From Candidatus Latescibacterota bacterium (GTDB lineage: Bacteria; Latescibacterota; UBA2968; UBA8231), in contig CBDCDC010000002.1 in NCBI GenBank assembly GCA_965215195.1, forward strand, positions 4,128,001 through 4,192,000: DNA of 64,000 nt, written 5' to 3'. Positions 46,302-56,013 of this stretch are shown one piece after another. The notes under the pieces are model-generated. The model was not told the origin of the DNA, made no database searches, and saw only the letters and a list, made by a program, of their open reading frames with translations. How positions within the stretch are numbered: the first letter of the stretch is position 1; every line of letters starts with the position of its first letter. The position numbers and the translations under genes were made by a program.

Positions 46302-46709
46302 ATGACGCACGAGGACGTGGAGGAAGGGCGGCGGTTGGCCTTGGATTTTGGCAAGTTGCAGCGGGCCGCAGCCTGTGGCGCGGGGTTGGTGCCAGTGGCG
46401 GTGCAGGACGCCGACAGCGGCGAGGTGCTGATCGTGGCGTACGCCAATGAAGAGGCCCTGAATTATGCGCGGCGCGAGCGCGTGGCCGCGTTTTGGAGCA
46501 CATCGCGCAATGAGTTGTGGGTCAAGGGCGCGACCTCGGGCAATGTGCTCGAACTGGTCGAAATCCGCGTCAATTGCGAGCAAAATTCGCTGTTGTATCG
46601 CGTCCGGCCCAAAGGACAGGGCGCGTGCCACACTCGGGATGCGACTGGTCGGGTGCGGTCGGGCTGCTACTACCGGCGGCTCGTGGGGGATCGGCTCGAA
46701 CCGGTTTGA
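46302..46709 (+). CDS. hisI: Phosphoribosyl-AMP cyclohydrolase
   Basis: GLVPVAVQD, FWSTSRNELWVKGATSGN, NCEQNSL, ACHT...CYYR. Confidence 0.85.
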   Translation: MTHEDVEEGRRLALDFGKLQRAAACGAGLVPVAVQDADSGEVLIVAYANEEALNYARRERVAAFWSTSRNELWVKGATSGNVLELVEIRVNCEQNSLLYRVRPKGQGACHTRDATGRVRSGCYYRRLVGDRLEPV

Positions 46710-46774
46710 ATTGCTCTGTGCGGATTGTATTTTTGCGAGTAGAGTCCGATACCCTTCAACCGGAGGACCAAGCC

Positions 46775-47302
46775 ATGGCTAATGCCGTGATTGTCGTCGA
46801 TATGCAGAACGGCTTTATGCGTCCAGACGGGACGCTCTACTGCGGAGATCAAGCGCGGGCGATCATCCCGCGAATCGCCGCACGGGCCGAGCGCGAAAAG
46901 GCCGCTGGGGCCTCCCTGTTTTTCACCCAAGACAGCCACAGCGAAAACGACCGCGAATTCGAGATGTTCCCTCCCCACTGCATCAAAGGCAGCGAGGAGG
47001 AGCACATCATCGCCGAGTTGGCCCCATTGGCCAAAGACGCGCAGATTGTCAAAAAGCGGCGCTATAGTGCCTTTTTCGAGACCGAGTTGGCCGCGGCATT
47101 GGCTGCGCTAGCGCCGGACAAGGTCGTGGTGATGGGCGATTGCACGGATATTTGCGTCCTGCACACCGTGGCCGGGCTGCGCAACCGCGACTATCCGGTC
47201 GAGGTCCCAGCCGATTGCGTCGCCAGCTTTGATCCCCAACAACACGAATGGGCTTTGGGGCACATGGAAAAAATCCTCGGGGCACAGGTCACCAATCGCT
47301 GA
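46775..47302 (+). CDS. pncA: Nicotinamidase/isochorismatase-family cysteine hydrolase
   Basis: VVDMQNGF, QDSH, PPHC, KRRYSAF, TDICV; adjacent to pncB. Confidence 0.8.
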   Translation: MANAVIVVDMQNGFMRPDGTLYCGDQARAIIPRIAARAEREKAAGASLFFTQDSHSENDREFEMFPPHCIKGSEEEHIIAELAPLAKDAQIVKKRRYSAFFETELAAALAALAPDKVVVMGDCTDICVLHTVAGLRNRDYPVEVPADCVASFDPQQHEWALGHMEKILGAQVTNR

Positions 47303-48303
47303 TGGTAGAGCGCGACCTATACGCGCCCTCGGCTGCGACGCTGGCGGGCGACAACGCGGATATTTACTTCCGCCGCAGTTGCGACATCCTCGCGGCCGAG
47401 CAGCTCAATCCGGTCGTGGCGATGGAGGTGTTTGCCCGGCGGCGCGCCCTGCTGTGCGGCTTGCGCGAGGCCCAAGCTCTTTTGCGGCAAGTGCTCGGCG
47501 CGGAGGCAGAGGTGTGGAGCTTGGACGAAGGGGATTGGATTGAGCCGTGCGAGGTCGCCTTGCGGATTCGCGCGCCCTACCGGCAGTTCGGCCTGTACGA
47601 GACGGCGCTATTGGGAATGCTCAGCAGCGAGACCGGATGGGCCACGGCCGCGGCCGAGTGCGTGGCTGCGGCCGACGGGGTGCCGATCATCAGCTTCGGC
47701 GCTCGGCACATCCACCCGGAGGTCAGCGCGCGGATGGAATACGCGGCCATCGTCGGGGGGTGCGCCGGATGCGCCACCCCGCAAGGGGCTGCCCTCGCCG
47801 GCATTGAGGCAACCGGGACCATGCCCCACGCCCTGATCCTGTGCCTCGGCGACACGCTCAAAGCGGCTAGGGCCTTTGACCGCCACATCGACGCCAAGGT
47901 CGAGCGCATCGCGCTGGTTGATACCTTTAAGGACGAAGCCGAAGAGAGCCTGCGCTTGGCAGAAGCCTTGGGCGAGAAGCTGTCGGGGGTGCGGCTGGAC
48001 ACCCCGAGCGAGCGCGGCCGGGTCACGGCCGAGTTGGTCGCGGAGGTGCGTGCGCGGCTGGACCAAGCCGGGCATAGCCACGTAAAGATCGCAGTCTCCG
48101 GCGGCTTGGACGCCGAGCGAATCGGCTATTTCCGGGCGGCCGGGGCCCCAGTGGATGCCTTTGGGGTCGGCAGCGCGATCAGCGGAGCCGCGCCCATCGA
48201 TTTTACTGCGGACATCAAGGAAGTAGCAGGCCGCCCTCTCGCCAAGCGGGGGCGGATACCGGGGCTTACTGAAAACCCCCGGCTCAAGCGGTTGGAACGC
48301 TAA
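47302..48303 (+). CDS. pncB: Nicotinate phosphoribosyltransferase
   Basis: DIYF, SFGARH, GTMPHA, LVDTF, GVRLDTP, VSGG, FGVG, AKRG. Confidence 0.9.
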   Translation: MVERDLYAPSAATLAGDNADIYFRRSCDILAAEQLNPVVAMEVFARRRALLCGLREAQALLRQVLGAEAEVWSLDEGDWIEPCEVALRIRAPYRQFGLYETALLGMLSSETGWATAAAECVAAADGVPIISFGARHIHPEVSARMEYAAIVGGCAGCATPQGAALAGIEATGTMPHALILCLGDTLKAARAFDRHIDAKVERIALVDTFKDEAEESLRLAEALGEKLSGVRLDTPSERGRVTAELVAEVRARLDQAGHSHVKIAVSGGLDAERIGYFRAAGAPVDAFGVGSAISGAAPIDFTADIKEVAGRPLAKRGRIPGLTENPRLKRLER

Positions 48304-48315
48304 AAGGAGCATGTT

Positions 48316-49443
48316 ATGAGCAAATACGATTTTGGCAGTGGACGCACCGATCCCGGCTCGTTTCCCACAGAGGCGTTGGCCGAGGCGGCGAGCGTGGCCG
48401 TGCGCGAGCTGGGCGCGGATTTGGTGCGCTATCCCGGCGACATGGGCCATCAGGGCTTGCGCGAGGTCATGGCCATGCGCGAATCCAAGCGCGAGGGCGT
48501 GGAGGTGTCTGCCGACCACATCGCGCTGATGAACGGCTCCATGCAGGCCGTCACGCTGATAGCCGAGGCCCTAATGGAAGGTCCGGGGGATGTGATCGTC
48601 ACCGAGGAATTGACGTATTCCGGGACGATTGCCGCGTACAAGCGGTTGGGGGCCGAGTTGGTCGGGGTGCCGCTCGACGAGCAGGGCATGCGCGTTGATG
48701 CGCTGGCCGACGTTTTGGCGGCTTTGCACCGCCGGGGCACCCGGCCGCGCTTCATTTATACCTTGGCGACCTACCAGAACCCCACCGGCTCGGTCATGCC
48801 GCGGCCGCGCCGCCTCGAGCTGCTCGAAGTGGCGCGCTACTACGAGGCCATTGTGGTGGAAGACAACTGCTATGGCGACGTGCATTTTGAGGGCCCGCAG
48901 GAACCGGCGCTCTACGCGCTCGACGACAGCCCCAACGTCCTGTACATCGGCTCGCTGTCCAAAATTTTGGGCCCCGGGGTGCGGATGGGCTATTTGTTGG
49001 CCCGGCCGCCCATGCTGGGGCGGATCCTCGACCGCCGCTACGACGGGGGCAACAGCTTGCTGACCGCCGCTAGCTGCGCGGCCCTGTTCCGCGACCGACT
49101 GTGGCAGCACTTGGCCGCGACCAATGCCATCCTCAGGGAAAAGCGCGACGCGGTCTTTGCCGGCCTCGCAGAGAACGCGGGCGATCTATGCACGTGGTCG
49201 CGGCCGGTGGGCGGCATGTTCATCTGGATTGAGTTCCCCGCAGCGGTAGATCGCGATCGCCTCATGGCCCTGTGCGCCGAGCGCGGCATTGTGGTGGCGC
49301 GGGGGCAGGGTTTCCACATCCGGCGCGAGGACGTGCCGGCCATGCGCCTCGCCTTTGGCTTTGCCTCGCTGGCGGCCATCCGTGCGGGCGTACCGCTGTT
49401 GGCCGAGTGCATCCACGAGGCGCGGGTGCCCGTGATGGCCTGA
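48316..49443 (+). CDS. PLP-dependent aminotransferase (MocR-type AAT domain without HTH)
   Basis: YQNPTG, VEDNCYG, GSLSKILGPGVRMG, GGMFIW. Confidence 0.88.
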   Translation: MSKYDFGSGRTDPGSFPTEALAEAASVAVRELGADLVRYPGDMGHQGLREVMAMRESKREGVEVSADHIALMNGSMQAVTLIAEALMEGPGDVIVTEELTYSGTIAAYKRLGAELVGVPLDEQGMRVDALADVLAALHRRGTRPRFIYTLATYQNPTGSVMPRPRRLELLEVARYYEAIVVEDNCYGDVHFEGPQEPALYALDDSPNVLYIGSLSKILGPGVRMGYLLARPPMLGRILDRRYDGGNSLLTAASCAALFRDRLWQHLAATNAILREKRDAVFAGLAENAGDLCTWSRPVGGMFIWIEFPAAVDRDRLMALCAERGIVVARGQGFHIRREDVPAMRLAFGFASLAAIRAGVPLLAECIHEARVPVMA

Positions 49444-51338
49444 TGGGCCTGCCCGCAATCGCCTTGGTGCAGATGGAGGTCAAGCCCGGGCGACCCGACC
49501 TGAATGCCGAGCGGATGCTGGCCTTTATCGCGCAGGCGCGGGCGGCTGGTGCTGAGGTCGTGGTCTTTTCCGAGCTGTGCATCAGCGGCTACATCCTCGG
49601 CGACTTGTGGGAGCTGGACGCTTACGTCGAGGACTTTGCCGCGTACAGCGACGAGATTTGCCGGGCCAGCATCGGGTTGACCGTGGTCTTTGGCAACGTG
49701 GCGGTGGACCCAGTCCACAAGGGCCAAGATGGACGGCGGCGCAAGTACAATGCCGTCTATGTGTGCGCCAACGGCGAATACGCGGTGCGCGACGCCGTGC
49801 CCGCCGGGCTGCCCTGCGGCGTCCAGCCCAAGACCCTGCATCCCAACTACCGATTTTTTGACGACGACCGGCACTTCTTTTCGCTGCGCCACTTGGCCGA
49901 GGCCGAGGGCCGGCCGCTAAAGGACTGGCTGCATCCGTACCGGGTGCGGCGCAAGGATGGGCGGCCCTTTAGCTTTGGTGTGCAACTGTGCGAGGACATG
50001 TGGTGCGAAGACTACTGCCACAGCGGCCAGCCCCTCGACACGCTCGCGCTATATAGCGGCCGCGGTGCCGCGGCCGTATTCAACCTCTCGGCCTCGCCCT
50101 TTACTTGGCAAAAAAGCGACAAGCGCAACCGCGTGGTGCGCCAGATCCTAGCGCGCTCGCCCCTGCCGTTTTTCTACGTCAACCAAGTTGGGGCGCAAAA
50201 CAACGGCAAGAATATCATTGTGTTTGACGGCGACAGCACTGCGTACGCGGCCAGCGGGCACATTGCGTGCCGCGCTCATCCGTGGCGGGAACAGCTCGTG
50301 CTCGCGCACCGCGCCGAGATCGCGCCGCCCCAGAGCGAAGTCGAAGCCCAGTACGCGGGCATCCTCACCGGGCTGCGGCACCTCGACGACGTGCGCGGCG
50401 CGGAGAGCAAGTTCCTCATTGCGACGAGCGGTGGCGTAGATTCCAGCGTGGTCTGCTGTCTGCTGGAGCGCACCTTTGGCCCGGAGCGCGTGTTTGCGGT
50501 CAACATGCCGACGCGCTTCAATGCGGCCGTTACCCAAGACAATGCCCGCTCGCTGTGCGCCGCGCTGGGCGTCGACTACCTCTGCTGCCCGATCGAATCC
50601 CTATACGAGGCCGTAGCCGCCCTCGTGCAGGGCGCGGAATTTTCCGGGGGCCGGGGCGAGTACACTCGGTTGGTGGATGAGAACGTGCAGGCGCGCATTC
50701 GCTTTGCCGACGTGCTCTCCGGCTTAGCAGCCAAATACGGACTCGTGTTCACGGCCAACGGCAATAAGACCGAGGTTGCCTTGGGCTACGCCACGCTCTA
50801 CGGGGATGTCAGCGGCGCGGTGGCGCCGATTGCCGACCTGTACAAGGTGCAGGTTTTTGCGCTAGCCCGCTTTCTCAACGAGGTCGTCTATGGCCGCCCT
50901 GTGGTGCCGGAGAATCTGCTCGACGGATCAGTGGTGCCCAGTGCCGAGCTGTCTGCGGCTCAAGACGTGACGCAGGGCTTGGGCGACCCGATCAAGTACG
51001 GATACCACGACGCCGTGCTGCGGCAGTTCATTGAATACCGGCGGCACAGCAGCGATTTGTTGCAGTGGTTTATAGAGGGTGTGCTGCTAGAGCGATTGGG
51101 GTGGGACGACGCGGTGCGCTTTCGCGCGTACTTCCCGGACGCGCGCAGTTGGATCGAAGATCTCGAATGGGTAGAGCGCCAAGTGCGGATCAACTACTTC
51201 AAGCGGATTCAAGCGCCGCCAGTCATCGTCTTGAGCAAGCGCGCCTTTGGCTTTGATTTGCGCGAGACCCAACAGCCCGCATACGCGCCGCGCCGCTGCG
51301 AACAGCTAAAGGCCGAGGCCCTGAAGGTGCGGATTTGA
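49443..51338 (+). CDS. nadE: Glutamine-dependent NAD+ synthetase
   Basis: Nitrilase E-K-C (FSEL, PKT, LCED), SGGVDS, ENVQARIR, NKTE..LGYATLYGD, PSAEL. Confidence 0.92.
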   Translation: MGLPAIALVQMEVKPGRPDLNAERMLAFIAQARAAGAEVVVFSELCISGYILGDLWELDAYVEDFAAYSDEICRASIGLTVVFGNVAVDPVHKGQDGRRRKYNAVYVCANGEYAVRDAVPAGLPCGVQPKTLHPNYRFFDDDRHFFSLRHLAEAEGRPLKDWLHPYRVRRKDGRPFSFGVQLCEDMWCEDYCHSGQPLDTLALYSGRGAAAVFNLSASPFTWQKSDKRNRVVRQILARSPLPFFYVNQVGAQNNGKNIIVFDGDSTAYAASGHIACRAHPWREQLVLAHRAEIAPPQSEVEAQYAGILTGLRHLDDVRGAESKFLIATSGGVDSSVVCCLLERTFGPERVFAVNMPTRFNAAVTQDNARSLCAALGVDYLCCPIESLYEAVAALVQGAEFSGGRGEYTRLVDENVQARIRFADVLSGLAAKYGLVFTANGNKTEVALGYATLYGDVSGAVAPIADLYKVQVFALARFLNEVVYGRPVVPENLLDGSVVPSAELSAAQDVTQGLGDPIKYGYHDAVLRQFIEYRRHSSDLLQWFIEGVLLERLGWDDAVRFRAYFPDARSWIEDLEWVERQVRINYFKRIQAPPVIVLSKRAFGFDLRETQQPAYAPRRCEQLKAEALKVRI

Positions 51339-51418
51339 ATTAAGACAGTGATTAGTGGCCAGTTTATTACGCGACCGCCGCTTTTCCCCTACCGCCCAAT
51401 TCACCAAAGGAGATTATT

Positions 51419-53026
51419 ATGACCGACCCAATCCTGCTCACCGACGAGCAGATGCGCGAGTTTATCGTCAATGGCTATCTGGTTTTTGAGCCGACCGTGC
51501 CCGCAGGGACGCACGAAGCGTGCTATGAGCGGCTCAACCAGATCATCGACTCGGAGCCTAATCCGGGCAATAACATCCTGCCGCGCGTACCCGCCATGCG
51601 CCACGTGCTCAACTCGCCCGAGGTGCGCGGCGCACTCATCAGCGTCTTAGGCCCGAACTTTTTGGAGCATCCGCACCGCTACTGCCATCCCCTCAAGCCA
51701 GTGGAGGAACCCGTGCCCGCGGCCGAGGCCGAAGAGAGGCTGCGCCGCAACTGCCATCAGGACGGGTACACGCCCATGGGCCATCCGCGCCAGCACTATC
51801 TGCGCTATGCGCGAATCATGTACTATCCGCAGGATTCGCCGGTCGAGTTGGGGCCGACGCACGTGATCCCGGGCACCCAGTTCAATCGCGGACTGACCGA
51901 CGAGGATCGGGCGCGCGCCTTGCCATTGGCCGGCCGGGCCGGCACGGTGTCCCTGACGCACTTTGACGTGGGCCACGCGGCCGGCGTCAGCCTGCTACCG
52001 GTGCATCGGCACATGATCAAGTTCATCTACATGCGAGCCGCCGAGCCGACGGCCCCGACCTGGGACTGCAAAAGCATGCACTGGCAGAAGCCCCACTGGA
52101 GTGAGGTTCCCTACGATCTGGAACTGGCTTGGGCGCACACTTGGGACTGGCTATGCGGCAAGCGGGATCGCTACGATAGCTGCCCACAGGCCACTGGAGA
52201 TGTGGCGGCACTCATCGCCCAGCTCGATCTAGACGTGGATTTAGCGCAGCGGCTTGCGGCGGCACAGCGATTGGCCGGATTCGGCGTTGATGCGGCTGCA
52301 GCCGTGCCAGTGCTCGTGGAGTGCTTGGGCACCGATCACCAAGCCATGCGCACGGCAGCGACCTACGCGCTAGGCGCGATCGGCGAGCCCGCGGTCGCGT
52401 CGCTGGCCAAAGCCTTGCGCACCGCAGGTCGCGAGGCCGACCAACACGAGGCCCCGCCCGTTTGGAGCGAGGGAGCGACTAACATGGAGGACGCGGCCCA
52501 AGCACTGGCGGCCGTTGGCGAGCCGGCGGTTGAAGCGCTCTGTGCGCTGTTGGACGACGAAAGCGAGTGGACTCAAGTCAACGCCGCCTTTGCCCTCGGC
52601 GAAATGGATTCGCACGCGGAGGCAGCAGTCCCGGCGCTGACGCGGACCCTTGAAGAGGGCTCGCATCGCTTGGTGCGCACGGCGCTCGTCGCGCTGGGCA
52701 ATATCGCGCAAGGCGTACCAGTAGAAGCCTTGGGGCGCATGCTCTCGGCCGATCACCCAAATTGGCAGGAGGAAGCTGGCCGCCGCTGGGTGCCCCGCGA
52801 CCAAGTGCGGACCAACGCCGCAATAGCCTGCGCCCAGCTCGGCCCGGCCGCCGCTCCGTTAGAAGCCCAGCTTTTCAGGGCACTCGACGACCCCTGCGGC
52901 CACGTAGGCGCATTCGCGCTCAGTGCCCTGCAGCAGATTGGCTCGCCCACAGCCACGCAGGCCGCGATGGATTATCTCTATTCGCAGCGCTGGGACGCCG
53001 CTATTGACGGCGAGCGGCAGTTTTGA
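51419..53026 (+). CDS. Phytanoyl-CoA dioxygenase-like domain fused to HEAT repeats
   Basis: LTDEQ..F..NGYL, HQD, YYPQD..GPT..PGT; HEAT_2 repeats (AAFALG, ALGAIGEPAV). Confidence 0.85.
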   Translation: MTDPILLTDEQMREFIVNGYLVFEPTVPAGTHEACYERLNQIIDSEPNPGNNILPRVPAMRHVLNSPEVRGALISVLGPNFLEHPHRYCHPLKPVEEPVPAAEAEERLRRNCHQDGYTPMGHPRQHYLRYARIMYYPQDSPVELGPTHVIPGTQFNRGLTDEDRARALPLAGRAGTVSLTHFDVGHAAGVSLLPVHRHMIKFIYMRAAEPTAPTWDCKSMHWQKPHWSEVPYDLELAWAHTWDWLCGKRDRYDSCPQATGDVAALIAQLDLDVDLAQRLAAAQRLAGFGVDAAAAVPVLVECLGTDHQAMRTAATYALGAIGEPAVASLAKALRTAGREADQHEAPPVWSEGATNMEDAAQALAAVGEPAVEALCALLDDESEWTQVNAAFALGEMDSHAEAAVPALTRTLEEGSHRLVRTALVALGNIAQGVPVEALGRMLSADHPNWQEEAGRRWVPRDQVRTNAAIACAQLGPAAAPLEAQLFRALDDPCGHVGAFALSALQQIGSPTATQAAMDYLYSQRWDAAIDGERQF

Positions 53027-53029
53027 GGG

Positions 53030-53122
53030 GATGAGTTTGAGTGCATCGGCAATGGTCTTCTTCCCTAGAGAACGGTCGATAAAGAAAACAAGTGGATCAG
53101 GCTGCTCGGGTGTATAACTCAC
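53030..53122 (-). pseudogene. VapC45-like PIN toxin, first ~30 codons only
   Basis: VSYTPEQPDPLVFFIDRSLGKKTIADAL, then runs into the convergent gene. Confidence 0.7.
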
Positions 53123-53810
53123 AGCGGATCGCTTCTTCGATATCGAGCGTCGGGCGATCATAGTCGTCCGCTAATGCACTGATTGCCTCCCCGGCCTTGT
53201 AGCGTTCGGCAATAATAGCCGTAGGAATCCCAGTGCCTGCGAGCACCGGGCGACCAAAAGATATGCGAGGATCAATGACAATTGCCTTGGGTTCTTCCAT
53301 GAGTTGTTGGCTTGGGCGCTTGCGCGTGAAGGGGTATAGCCTCCGGGCATAACCAGCCGAATCCCTATCAATGCGCCGCAGATGCGCCTGCAACAGGTTC
53401 CTAAGTACCAGTTGTCCAGCTTGAGAGACATTTATGAGTTGACCGTATTCTTCGACAAAGAGGTCCAAGCCGTCGGTTTCGATCTTGTGGTATGCGAGAG
53501 GGTGATCGGACGTTAGTTCTTCTTTGATGAAATCGATAGCAATCCTAGCCTTGTGCAGCGATATGCAATGGTCGCGGCGAATGGCATCGAGCATGTGGAT
53601 TTCGACCAGATTGATAAAGGATAGAAGGTTCTGGCTATCGTCTGGTAGGTCGATCACAGGCTGGAAGAACTGGTCTCCTCCGCTAGTAGGATATTTGCGG
53701 CCTCGCACCCAAGAGCGAAGCGTAGTCACGGGAATGCGCAGGTAGTGGGCAGCCTCGGGAAAGCTGTAACAGGGCATTGCGCGTATGTCATCTGTTGCGA
53801 TAGATCTCAT
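53097..53810 (-). CDS. DUF433/VapB45-like antitoxin
   Basis: YSFPEAAHYL..TLRSW HTH, LSFINLVE, IDPRISFGRP...IEEAIR. Confidence 0.85.
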   Translation of the reverse strand: MRSIATDDIRAMPCYSFPEAAHYLRIPVTTLRSWVRGRKYPTSGGDQFFQPVIDLPDDSQNLLSFINLVEIHMLDAIRRDHCISLHKARIAIDFIKEELTSDHPLAYHKIETDGLDLFVEEYGQLINVSQAGQLVLRNLLQAHLRRIDRDSAGYARRLYPFTRKRPSQQLMEEPKAIVIDPRISFGRPVLAGTGIPTAIIAERYKAGEAISALADDYDRPTLDIEEAIRCELYTRAA

Positions 53811-53864
53811 GCCATAAGGTCCTTTAGCCGAGAGACGAATGCGCTGATAGACCATTAGTTTGCA

Positions 53865-54770
53865 CTAATGGTCTCTAGGCATTACGCCCTCTTTCATAGG
53901 TTTAAGTGTTCCATCACGCAAGTACATAGCGTATCTCTGGAATTGCCACTCTAGGGAGAAAATTTGTTCTGCCCAATCTCTCAGAGGCTGACTGCACGCA
54001 TTATTGCGAGCAAGAGCCTGTAGGGTTGGAATTTGTTCACCAATTTGTTCAGCTATTTCGTTATAAAAACTGCTTCTTGCTTGTTCTGGAAAGTGACTAC
54101 GCTCACGAATACGAAACTGAACTGGATATTTTTGCTTGATTATATTGACCCAATACAGCAGTTTTCGGTTGTTTACGACGTATGGATCCACCCCTATGAA
54201 GCTAACATGTTGGGTTGACAACACACCGTTGGGCACTGTACAGCTAATCTCTGGATCTTGAGTCTTTGTCTTTTGTCTGCCAAATTCCTCAGCCAACTGA
54301 TCTCGGAACTTGATATAAGTGCTTTTAGGAGTGCCAGAGTTGCTTGAATACTTGAAGAGACGATTAATATCTTCAAGTGTCTTGAGTGCTTCACGTTCGC
54401 GGTTGAAGCCTTTCGCTCCTGCTGACCAGAGACATACTGCAACATCGGAGGCTTCCAATAGAGCCGAAGGACGTAGTTGAAATAGTATGGGCCCGTAGGG
54501 ATTTGGAACACTTTTTGATCCCTTCGCAAAAGAGCTACCAAAGTCTGACAAGTTTACGAAAACTTTATCCCACATATTGTTTTCACGGTCAATAGCGTCG
54601 GTCTGAAATGGCGTAAATTCTAATTGTCTACTTTCAAGCAAAGCACGTGAGGGAATTCCTCCAAGACTAATATACGACTCAAAGTCAATTAATTGACAGG
54701 CATGATAGAGGAATACTTGACGCTCTTCAAATAAATCCACCAAATCTTGAATGTCGTTACCGGTTATCAT
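53865..54770 (-). CDS. Hypothetical protein, DarT-like ADP-ribosyltransferase candidate
   Basis: LYHACQLIDFESYISLGGIPSR resembles the DarT N-terminal strand (LYHxT..N..SI..GL.SR); distal QDPEISC resembles the QAExxV catalytic strand. Confidence 0.5.
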   Translation of the reverse strand: MITGNDIQDLVDLFEERQVFLYHACQLIDFESYISLGGIPSRALLESRQLEFTPFQTDAIDRENNMWDKVFVNLSDFGSSFAKGSKSVPNPYGPILFQLRPSALLEASDVAVCLWSAGAKGFNREREALKTLEDINRLFKYSSNSGTPKSTYIKFRDQLAEEFGRQKTKTQDPEISCTVPNGVLSTQHVSFIGVDPYVVNNRKLLYWVNIIKQKYPVQFRIRERSHFPEQARSSFYNEIAEQIGEQIPTLQALARNNACSQPLRDWAEQIFSLEWQFQRYAMYLRDGTLKPMKEGVMPRDH

Positions 54771-54790
54771 GAGATTAGCCTTTCCAACAG

Positions 54791-55729
54791 TTAAAACAGA
54801 TTAAGTTGTTTGCTTTCAGGGCCTTTTGTGGGAACTTTATCGCCTATGTCCTGTTCAAGACGAGTTGCTTCCTCTTTTAGAAGCTCAACAAATATAGGTT
54901 GCGCTTTTGCCCAAATTGCCTCGGCTTCGTCAAATGAAAGTCCTACTTTACCTAGTCTCCACTCTACCTCTTTATCCCACCATCGGGAGGGTTTGTGTTT
55001 TTTTGTGACATGACCGCTTTCACAATAGAAACTAATCCAATTCAGTTGCCTCCAAGAAAATCGAGTCTCCTTTGCAACTTTGTGAAGAGCGGCTTTTCCT
55101 TGAGGGGTGTGTTTATCTAATGCAACCCAAAACGGAAAATTCATTTCACTATTAGTATTAGGATCTGTGTACAGCTCGGGTAATCCATCCCTAATAGCTA
55201 AATATGCTGTTGCTTGTATAAAGGCCCTATCCCAAGGCCATCCGCCCTTTCGATAAACTTTTTCAGCCTGTTCGACGAGTCTAGTTTCAGTTTCGCGCGT
55301 ATTTGAACATTGAGAAATTGCCCATTCCCAATATGTGTTAGCATCTGTAATCGCCTCACAAACCCGTTGAATGGTATCATCTTCTTCACAGCCTGTCAGT
55401 ACTGACCTATCGCCTTCTGAAAGTGCATATGCCAGAGATCCGAGTCCAGCTGCGTCTTTGAACTTTACAGAGTTGGCAAGTTCGCTGAGAATCTCTACCA
55501 TTGCCACCTGTTCCTCGTGCTTCTTAGGTGGCCTCCATTTAACCATGAGAGGCCAGCATTCTTCAGCGATTATCACACCGATTCGTTGCCTGAGCCACCT
55601 GATGTCCCCTATTTCATAAAGGTGATTGACAACCTTAGTAACAAGGTCAGAGTTACCACGGCGCACTGCTTTTTGAAGTAGAGAACGACAACGTTGATCC
55701 GTATTCGAATTAACCTTGCGCATGTACAT
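54791..55729 (-). CDS. Hypothetical helical protein with an MgsA/RarA-C-like start, a DKHT motif and a terminal QLNLF
   Basis: RSLLQKAVRRG, IIAEE, ALDKHTPQGK; AAGGA RBS before 55729. Confidence 0.6.
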   Translation of the reverse strand: MYMRKVNSNTDQRCRSLLQKAVRRGNSDLVTKVVNHLYEIGDIRWLRQRIGVIIAEECWPLMVKWRPPKKHEEQVAMVEILSELANSVKFKDAAGLGSLAYALSEGDRSVLTGCEEDDTIQRVCEAITDANTYWEWAISQCSNTRETETRLVEQAEKVYRKGGWPWDRAFIQATAYLAIRDGLPELYTDPNTNSEMNFPFWVALDKHTPQGKAALHKVAKETRFSWRQLNWISFYCESGHVTKKHKPSRWWDKEVEWRLGKVGLSFDEAEAIWAKAQPIFVELLKEEATRLEQDIGDKVPTKGPESKQLNLF

Positions 55730-55928
55730 CAGTTGGTCCTTCAATTGAAGTTTGATTAAGCTTGACTCTCTGTTTTTCCCAACGTTGTGCGTCTGGTCGT
55801 GATCGGTAAACGGCCAAGGAGGTGTTCTGTGTACCAACGCGTCATTGAAGATAACAACGAAACCAGCCCCGTTACAATTTGTCGAACGCAATCCATTCCA
55901 TCCTCTCTGTGGACAAAACATGGGTAAT

Positions 55929-55980
55929 GCCCATTAGATAGCGCAAGCATCGCTCAGGGCGTCTTGCGTACGCCTTGGAG
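55929..55980 (-). repeat. Second copy of the tetR 3' end and downstream flank (57232-57282)
   Basis: Both encode LQGVRKTP* (GTA CGC vs GTG CGT) plus about 24 nt of flank. Confidence 0.9.
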
Positions 55981-56013
55981 TATTGGGGGTTGCAAACCCG
56001 TCTAGCCCTACTC

